From Ascoidea asiatica JCM 7603 (lineage: Eukaryota > Fungi > Ascomycota), in contig BCKQ01000001.1 in assembly GCA_001600695.1 (NCBI GenBank), positions 2,649,228 through 2,713,227 of the forward strand: DNA of 64,000 nt. The letters run 5' to 3'. The notes beneath the pieces are model-generated. The model made no database searches, had not been told where the DNA came from, and saw only the letters and a list, made by a program, of their open reading frames with translations. Of this stretch, positions 56,618-64,000 are shown one piece after another. Both the position numbers and the translations under genes were made by a program. Position 1 is the first letter of the stretch, and each line of letters starts with the position of its first letter.

Positions 56618-59581
56618 TTATTTGGATTCTATTTCAATCTTTCTTCTTTTCATCTTTTTTTTATTATTTTTACTAGAGTCTGGTCTGAATTTTTTCTTTT
56701 TGCAATATTTATCCTCATCATCAGTTAATTCCCTCTTTTTAGATTTAAGATTACTGCTTTCATTGTTTTTAATGATATTTTCTTGATTCTTTGAATGTTT
56801 ATATTTAAGTCTGGTATAAATTAAGTAATATGCATTCCCTTCTCTAAGCACCTCACCCTCAGAAATTTTATTAACATATTCATCATCATAGCAATACCAT
56901 TCACCTGTAGGCTGACGACAATAAGCTGTATAATGACCCGAAGAAATGGATCTACCTTCATGATTTACCACAGATATCAATTGATATTTGATTGGCTCTG
57001 TTTCTGCTTTCACTGAATTGATTTCTTCATTTTTTGACAAACTTTCTTTGACATTCAACTGATAATCAGTTAAATCCAAGATTAATGGATATGAAACAGA
57101 ATGTTTAACCTTAGAAGAAGAATTGGAAGTCTCATTGAATCGGAATCTCTTAATATGTACAATTAACGTTTGGGGAGCAGACTCAATAAAACTAGTTTTT
57201 ATTGCATCACTTCTTTTTTTGCATTTCTCACAAAGATATCCGTTATTTATATCTTTTTTATCCACTTTTATTAATTCTGCCGAAAAAAATTCATTTATAC
57301 TCCTTTGTATTGAGAATTTGGAATTTTGGTGTAAGTCTAGAGCTTTATTAATTTCAGAATCTTTGCTATATTCTTTTATTGTTTTGTCTAAAGTTCCCTT
57401 AGAATTATTAATTGTAGAACCATTAGCCTTCATAATCGAGGGCTCATCTTTAATTATTTTATAAGATTGATTATTAGGACCCTGAAAATTATTTTCAATA
57501 CTTTTTCGCCTCATATCAAGACTTAATGTTAAATCATAAAATTCCTGTTTAGTCTCAGAAACATAGCCACAATTTTTACAATAAACATGCTGGTTTAACA
57601 AGCCTCCAAATATGTCATATATTGTACTTTCATTCATTTTTTTACCTTTAGGGACTGAATCTTCTTGCAATCGACCAATTAATGACATTAAGTATTCATG
57701 AGAATCCTCTTGCTGCCATTGAGACATCATACAATTTATATTCTCTAATATGCTAATCAACTTTTTAGGATTAACAAAAGATCTAGTCTTATTTTTTGAA
57801 CTATTCTTTTTAGCTTTTTTAAATTTGATTTTAGGATTATTTTTGACAATATCCAATAACCACATTCTATAAGATAAAAACCCTACTATCTTTGAAACAG
57901 AGTCTGACTTTAAAATGTTGTCAAACTTACCATCAACTATATCAATAAAATAATGTTGTAGAGCTGGTATATGAATCAATGCTTGTAGTGCTGCATTCAT
58001 ATAACAAGTAACACCTTGATTTAATAGCCCAACGGGTTTTAAATCAACCAATTCATTCCAATTATTGATTATTTTGGAGTTTTTTTCTCCCTGAGACTCA
58101 TCTATCTTATAGAAGTCAGAAATTTTGAATAAATTTCCAATCAAATTAAATTTTTTTAGTTTTGAATGATTATTAATATGATTATCATTAGCAAGCGAAT
58201 TTCCAGAATTGTTTGGAGTGGAAAAATCTTCATTTTGGTTTTCACCATTCTCAGATGTAAAAACTTTTGAATTGATAGTATTAATAGTATTATTAGTATC
58301 AGCATTGATTTTGACCAAAGAAGAATTATTATCTTGCTTCAATAATAATTTATCTTGTAATTTCTTAGAAGATTCTTTGTCTAAAATGGAATCATTGTAA
58401 AGGTCAAAATCAGGTTCATTGGAATTATTTATATTGGAATCCAAATCAATCTCAGCCTCAGAATCAGAAGCAGAATTAAAGTCGGAATTGGGGTTGGAGT
58501 TGAAAACTAAAGTTGAAGGTAATTTCAGAGAATTGCAGTCGATTGCTAAATCCTGATATAAATTCTTTGAGTTTGTATCCGAGTTTAAACTATCGATTGA
58601 TTCTTCATCTGATTCAAAAGAAGAATCTGATTGTATATAATCATCATCGTCATCTTCTTTATCTTCATCTTCTTTATCTTTACTATTGTCATCCTTTGTT
58701 TCTTTTGGTTCTACTATAATTTCACCTTTTCTATTCTCATTATAAAGTACTTCATGATCATTAGTTCTAATGAAATTTTTAGCAACTTTATTATTTTCAT
58801 TTCGATCAATATCATCATTATTGTCACTAAAAGTTGTAAAACTTGTTGAAGATGAGCTTTCTGCTTCAGATTGATCAGGTAGTTGTGATATAAAGCTTTT
58901 GATTGATGACGACTTTTGTGTCATGCAATTGTTCGAATTGATTGATTTATTTGTTTCATGAACTAAATCATCAGAAAGAAGTAATTGACCTTGTAAGGAT
59001 AGCAAATCTTGAATATCAGAATCAAAATCAAGAGCCTCAGATCCTAAATAATCATTTTGGATTGAATTATTAGCAGTTGGATCTCGTTCAGTATTTGCTT
59101 CAATCAAATTCTTATTCTGATCATTTTGAATGAGGTTTTTATTATTTAAAGATTTAGTTGTGTAAGTTAATAGTGCTTCCGCCATTGATGTTGGTTTACT
59201 TTTAGATAGCTTTGAAGATTTAGAGGGTATTGAAATAGAGCTTGAATGAAAATCTTTAAAACTATTCTGATATTTCTTTGTATTTGTATGCATGAGTTTA
59301 TTGACCGTGTTATTGATATTATTTAAACTATTAGTATTCGATAAAATTATGTAAGACGATGGTTTTAAATCTGAAATATCAGAATGCTTTGACGATACAA
59401 AATTTAAAGGGTTTGAAAAAATATTTTCAATTAATTTTTTATTGGAATTAGCTTGTTGATCTATCTGAAAGTTTTTACTATTAATGTTGATATTGGTATT
59501 GTTGCTATAATCAGGCTGCAGTTCAGATGATACTTCTGACTTTGAGTTGAGTTGAAAATTTTCATGGGAATTCATTACCAT
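56618..59581 (-). CDS. UBP10: Ubiquitin-specific protease Ubp10/Dot4
   Basis: Cys box GLLNQGVTCYMNAALQ, MMSQWQQEDSHEY, His box HEGRSISSGHY, YDDEY; acidic N-terminal region and basic C-terminal NLS. Confidence 0.92.
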   Translation of the reverse strand: MVMNSHENFQLNSKSEVSSELQPDYSNNTNININSKNFQIDQQANSNKKLIENIFSNPLNFVSSKHSDISDLKPSSYIILSNTNSLNNINNTVNKLMHTNTKKYQNSFKDFHSSSISIPSKSSKLSKSKPTSMAEALLTYTTKSLNNKNLIQNDQNKNLIEANTERDPTANNSIQNDYLGSEALDFDSDIQDLLSLQGQLLLSDDLVHETNKSINSNNCMTQKSSSIKSFISQLPDQSEAESSSSTSFTTFSDNNDDIDRNENNKVAKNFIRTNDHEVLYNENRKGEIIVEPKETKDDNSKDKEDEDKEDDDDDYIQSDSSFESDEESIDSLNSDTNSKNLYQDLAIDCNSLKLPSTLVFNSNPNSDFNSASDSEAEIDLDSNINNSNEPDFDLYNDSILDKESSKKLQDKLLLKQDNNSSLVKINADTNNTINTINSKVFTSENGENQNEDFSTPNNSGNSLANDNHINNHSKLKKFNLIGNLFKISDFYKIDESQGEKNSKIINNWNELVDLKPVGLLNQGVTCYMNAALQALIHIPALQHYFIDIVDGKFDNILKSDSVSKIVGFLSYRMWLLDIVKNNPKIKFKKAKKNSSKNKTRSFVNPKKLISILENINCMMSQWQQEDSHEYLMSLIGRLQEDSVPKGKKMNESTIYDIFGGLLNQHVYCKNCGYVSETKQEFYDLTLSLDMRRKSIENNFQGPNNQSYKIIKDEPSIMKANGSTINNSKGTLDKTIKEYSKDSEINKALDLHQNSKFSIQRSINEFFSAELIKVDKKDINNGYLCEKCKKRSDAIKTSFIESAPQTLIVHIKRFRFNETSNSSSKVKHSVSYPLILDLTDYQLNVKESLSKNEEINSVKAETEPIKYQLISVVNHEGRSISSGHYTAYCRQPTGEWYCYDDEYVNKISEGEVLREGNAYYLIYTRLKYKHSKNQENIIKNNESSNLKSKKRELTDDEDKYCKKKKFRPDSSKNNKKKMKRRKIEIESK

Positions 59582-59623
59582 CTTTATATCTGGAAAAAGG
59601 TTAAGAATGAATAAATAAATTGT

Positions 59624-59647
59624 TGAAAATTTTTAGAGCTAGATGAG
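59624..59647. promoter_or_regulatory. RRPE-like plus PAC-like elements upstream of UBP10
   Basis: TGAAAATTTTT at 59624-59634 and GATGAG at 59642-59647; fits the ribosome-biogenesis regulon. Confidence 0.45.
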
Positions 59648-60487
59648 TTTAACTTTTTTGAAATTTCGACTAATATTTGAGTAAGATAAATTTAGATTGA
59701 TTCTGAAGTCATAATGAATGAGGGATGTAATTGAAATTATCAAATAATTTTGATTAACTAAACTTAATGAGATAGAGAAGCAGGAGAAAATATTTTAATA
59801 GAAATGAATTTTCAAATTTTCTAAAGCAAAAAATATTGAAAACACCCGATTAAGAAAAGGAAAAAAAGTTTCAGATCATTCAACCTGCCCGCGGAAATAC
59901 TCACGGTCAGGATCATAAAATGAATACTTCGCAAGCTTTGTCAGCTTATAGTCAGCATAATTTTTTTGAGACCATATCTGAGGGACTACATATGTGCGAT
60001 ACTGCAGACATTATGGGAAAAAACAACAATAAAATAAACAACACGAAAAATCAAAAATACTAGAGTGCTGTAGCTAATGTTCTTCATAATACAACACCAC
60101 CACAACACCACCACCCTCAGCGCTAACGTTATTATTCATAGCGCCTAGCGCGCTCAACCTATAGAAAATGCGGAATAAAAGTATGCGCTGAAGAAGAATT
60201 GTACACTGAACCTCTTTGAACGTCGCAGATGCTCAAAAAATATTCCTCTTTCTTCAATCTTGTGCACTTTCTTCACCTTTTACAAATATTTGCTTCTTTG
60301 TTTTGCGCACTTTTTTAGTATCAATATACACTAACTATATATTTTCCAGATTATCAATCTCGAGATACAGCTTTGTTTTCTTGCATCACTGGAATCAGAA
60401 GAATCGAATAATCAGTCGTCGTTTTACCTTTTCTTTCTAATCATTATTTTCATTTATTTCTGTTTTATTTTTTAAATTTTTTGAGAA

Positions 60488-61468
60488 ATGGCTCCTGCAA
60501 TTAATTGGAATGAGGAAAAGCTAAAATTTATTGTGGAAAAGTACTTAAGCTATTTGCCTGATATCAAAGTTTATAATAGAAAAGTTTCAAAATGGGAACT
60601 ACTATTAAGTGAATTTAATGAAAAATTTAAGTTAAATTTGCATCAAATAAGAACAATTCAAGGACAATTCAAAAAAATTTATAATAATCATTTAGCTAAA
60701 AGACAATTGGTTTTGTTAAATCCTATGAATTCTAATTCTCAAAATTTAAATGATAACAATCTAATGAATGATAATAACCTTAATACGATCAATAATCTAA
60801 TCAATAATAGTCCAGATGTAAATGGAAATTCAAATTCAAATTCGAATTCTGGAGATGCTGATATTAATCTTTTACTAGATAGTATTATTGAACAAGAAAA
60901 TCTAATAGAAGAAGTTAATAAAGTAGTTGTTCATAGTAATAATGCTTCAACTCCAACTTCTAATAATAATCCTAATTCAAATAATTCCTTTTCAAATCAT
61001 CCTTTAAATGCTACCAATTCCATTTCTGACAGTAATGATCCAAATCTCACTGATATATCAGTTTCTCCTGCTGATGATAACAACAATATCAATGGAAATA
61101 TCAATGGGAATATTAGCGGATCTTCTATTAATAATAATCATTCAAATAAAAGAAAAAAATCTTTATATGACCCATCTTTAACGATTAATGATTCTTCAGG
61201 TCTAAATCCTTCTGCATTATCCACACCTGCTTCTAAAAAGCAAAGAACTTCAGATATATATAACAACATCAATAACAATAACAGATCTTCACAATTACCT
61301 CCAACTTTTGCTAATCCAAGTGTTTTTAATTTGTATATTCATAAAAAAATATTAGAAATGGAGGAATCAATAAAACAAAACTCAATATCTTTAAATACTG
61401 TTAATGAAAAGATGTCTATACTTGACAAAAAACTAGACTTATTATTAAATAATATGTCTCCAATATGA
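60488..61468 (+). CDS. Orphan protein: N-terminal Myb/SANT-like (trihelix/MADF-type) domain, Asn-rich linker, C-terminal coiled coil
   Basis: W-spaced helical motif INWNEEKLKFIVEKY...KWELLLSEFNEKF...RTIQGQFKKI; KRKK and KKQR NLS-like motifs; heptad tail ILEMEESIKQ...LDKKLDLLL. Confidence 0.65.
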   Translation: MAPAINWNEEKLKFIVEKYLSYLPDIKVYNRKVSKWELLLSEFNEKFKLNLHQIRTIQGQFKKIYNNHLAKRQLVLLNPMNSNSQNLNDNNLMNDNNLNTINNLINNSPDVNGNSNSNSNSGDADINLLLDSIIEQENLIEEVNKVVVHSNNASTPTSNNNPNSNNSFSNHPLNATNSISDSNDPNLTDISVSPADDNNNINGNINGNISGSSINNNHSNKRKKSLYDPSLTINDSSGLNPSALSTPASKKQRTSDIYNNINNNNRSSQLPPTFANPSVFNLYIHKKILEMEESIKQNSISLNTVNEKMSILDKKLDLLLNNMSPI

Positions 61469-61658
61469 TTTTTTATCAGATATCATTTATTCTTCCACTT
61501 CTTTTTGCTTATTTCTTATTTCCTATCTCTTTTCTTATTTCTTATTTCTTATTTCTTTCATGTTAATTAATATTTCTATATAATTCTATAATATACTCTT
61601 TATGTTAATAATCAATCTAATTAGTCATTGAGTTTAATCAAATAATCTATCTAATGAA

Positions 61659-63140
61659 TCACTCCAAAGTATCGTCGGTTGAATAGAAACTAACAATAGA
61701 ATCTTCCATCTTCCTCAATTTTGTTGAAGTAGAATTTGCTTTACCACCAAAGTCGTTTAATGATTTTGAATTCAAATTATGAATTGAATTCAATTTATTT
61801 ATAATAGGCATAAATACCTTTTTATAAACATCGTTAGCCCATAAAACATCCATATGCTCGTAGGAATTAACTTTTATTACCTCTACCTTTTCAAATGGAC
61901 CAGTAGTATTATTTTTATAGTTGATCTTTTTATGAAAATATTCAAAATTTGAAGGATTTATCAATATATCACAATCACCATAAATTAATAAAAAAGGAGG
62001 TAATTCATTATAATCGATCTTATCTCTATTTATGACAGATTTAGAGTTAAATAAACAAAATTCCTGATGCTTGATAATTTGAATCCAATGCAAAATAATT
62101 TTAACGCTTGAAGTTGAATAAATCCTAGAATATCCTAAAATTTTTTGATTGTTAGATAAATTTTTTCCTGACCAATTAAATAGAATATTTAAAAACAAGT
62201 CAATAATTCTATTATATATATAAGAATGTAAAATTGATTGCCAAAATAAAACAGAAGATAATAAAGATTTTTTTCCAAATAGAAAATTGACAAAAAACTT
62301 GAGTATAGTATAAGGTAATAATGAGACCACAGTAATTATATTGAAATTTATTCTTTCAGAATTCATGTACTTTGAATTCAAGTTTGAAGTCATATTTGTA
62401 TTTGAATTTGAACTTGAAGATGCAGCTGAATGAAAATTGGTTGTAGGTATGAAAGCAGGAGATAAACCAATAAATATATCAATTTTTTCCTTAACAGAAT
62501 TTGAAGAATTAGATAATATTGATACTATACCTTGAGTTGATCCTTGACTAAAACCAATATAGGACAATTTCTTAGCTCTAGTTATATTCAAAATGAAATC
62601 TATGGTATTTGGAATATCATAAATTATAAAATTATCTATAGAAAAATCCCAAAAATTTTCAGAATTAAGATGAAAATCATTATTATTTAAATGATTTGAA
62701 GAATATTTATTACCTCTGTTATTGCCCAACCAAACATCATAACCAAGATCGGATAATAATAATGGCAAGTTTTTGAAGTATGAATCTCCTAGCAAGAACA
62801 ATTCTGAGTTAGTTAATAAACCATGATGAAAATAAACAGGCAAATTTCTTGAATTTAAAGAATGTTTGAGGTTTATGATTCTGTGCACTTTTAGTAAATA
62901 ATTATCATTTGTTTTTACAGTATATTCTTCACATGAATAGCATTTATTTCCAAAGTTATCAGAATGAGCTTCCAATATATCCTTTATTGATTTTGAATTT
63001 AATATATTATCATGAAACTTAGATAAGTTGGTAGCAGCATTTGGAAACCAATAATCGAAATGTATAATTCTATTCAAATGAAAACGAATTATAATATTTG
63101 AATAAAAAAACTTTATGAAATAAAGGAATATTGAAAACAT
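61659..63140 (-). CDS. AB-hydrolase lipase / steryl ester hydrolase (Tgl1/Yeh family)
   Basis: HHGLL, YDVWLGNNRGNKYS, FWDFSID, GFSQG nucleophile elbow, GDCD, YEHMDVLWA; ATG at 63140. Confidence 0.9.
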   Translation of the reverse strand: MFSIFLYFIKFFYSNIIIRFHLNRIIHFDYWFPNAATNLSKFHDNILNSKSIKDILEAHSDNFGNKCYSCEEYTVKTNDNYLLKVHRIINLKHSLNSRNLPVYFHHGLLTNSELFLLGDSYFKNLPLLLSDLGYDVWLGNNRGNKYSSNHLNNNDFHLNSENFWDFSIDNFIIYDIPNTIDFILNITRAKKLSYIGFSQGSTQGIVSILSNSSNSVKEKIDIFIGLSPAFIPTTNFHSAASSSSNSNTNMTSNLNSKYMNSERINFNIITVVSLLPYTILKFFVNFLFGKKSLLSSVLFWQSILHSYIYNRIIDLFLNILFNWSGKNLSNNQKILGYSRIYSTSSVKIILHWIQIIKHQEFCLFNSKSVINRDKIDYNELPPFLLIYGDCDILINPSNFEYFHKKINYKNNTTGPFEKVEVIKVNSYEHMDVLWANDVYKKVFMPIINKLNSIHNLNSKSLNDFGGKANSTSTKLRKMEDSIVSFYSTDDTLE

Positions 63141-63923
63141 TTTGATCTTTGTTTTATTATAATGAAGGAATAAATATAGAAATTTAATATAAATTATGTT
63201 AAATAGTGACTGATTGGCTTTAAAGAGAATTTTTAGTTCCAATAGTGTAATTATTTATTATGGAAAGTACTATTAAACTAAGAGTAGACTGGTAGTACTG
63301 TATTAAACCGCAAAGAAATTAATTAGATTGCCCAGCTGATTAAGGTTCCACAAAGCAAAAAATCCGGTGACCAATATTGTATTTGTAGATTATTATCGCA
63401 AAGCTGCTACCGTATGGAGAGGCGTTACATACGTACTACGTATTACAAGAAGTATTTAGTATTTCGAGTTCTGAGTTCCTAGGATTCACGCTTCATGATT
63501 ACAATTGTATGATTTATCTATTGTTACTTCTAATACTTCTGATACTTTTGTTATATAAATTTTACAAAACTAGATTGAACCAAAAGTAATTGGCGATAAA
63601 TCTCAATCGTTTTAAAATCTTATTTAAGTGTTCGGTGAAATTTTCAGTATTTGATTTTTATGGCAAACACCCTTTCTATTACTTATGTACCCTTGTTTCT
63701 TTTGAAAATTTCAAAATTAAATAGTTTTTTTGTTGAGAATTTTTAAAAACACTTTGGGTTTTAAAAATTTTCATACCTCAATGAGATGGAATACTGTATA
63801 TAAAGTAATTGAACTGTTTATCAAAAATAGTTCCATCTGAAAGGAAAACTTTATTGAAATATATTATTTGAAAAATTGTTCTCAAAGATTGATAATTCAT
63901 CATAAAAATAACATTATTTAGTT

Positions 63924-64000
63924 GTTGATGTTGGATGACAGTTGATGTTGGATGACAGTTGATGTTGGATGACAGTTGATGTTGGATGACAGTTGATGTT
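63924..64000 (+). repeat. Perfect 17-bp tandem repeat GTTGATGTTGGATGACA, at least 4.5 copies, truncated by the window edge
   Basis: Units at 63924, 63941, 63958, 63975 and a partial unit at 63992. Confidence 0.97.

Noticed and set aside
63924-64000. CRISPR-like array
   Set aside because: Head-to-tail repeats without spacers, in a eukaryotic genome

Overview
Very AT-rich, gene-dense nuclear DNA from a budding yeast (Saccharomycotina). It has short spliceosomal introns (GTATGT/GTAAGT donors, (T/G/A)ACTAAC branch points) and many Asn/Ser-rich protein tracts; an Ascoidea-like lineage is plausible but unproven. About 24 protein-coding genes are recognisable, mostly housekeeping: PTP1, fRMsr, a PhoD-like phosphatase, HAS1, MRX20 (4 exons including a 9-nt microexon), eIF3f, BCP1, SRP1, ANT1, DBF4, CTR86, DSE4/ENG1, PHO80, NET1-like, GEP7-like, UTP23, OCA1, CSE1, MMS2 (1 intron), DBP6, RSM19, VNX1, UBP10 and a TGL1/YEH-family lipase. 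No tRNA, rRNA, CRISPR array or intact transposon was seen. The most unusual items are an 802-aa orphan protein with what appear to be three tandem KilA-N/APSES (Mbp1/Swi4-type) DNA-binding domains and no ankyrin repeats, an orphan Myb/SANT-like plus coiled-coil protein, a perfect 17-bp TG-rich tandem repeat running off the right edge (telomere-like or minisatellite), and the microexon and decoy-acceptor structure of MRX20. All homology calls are from recalled motifs, not database searches.
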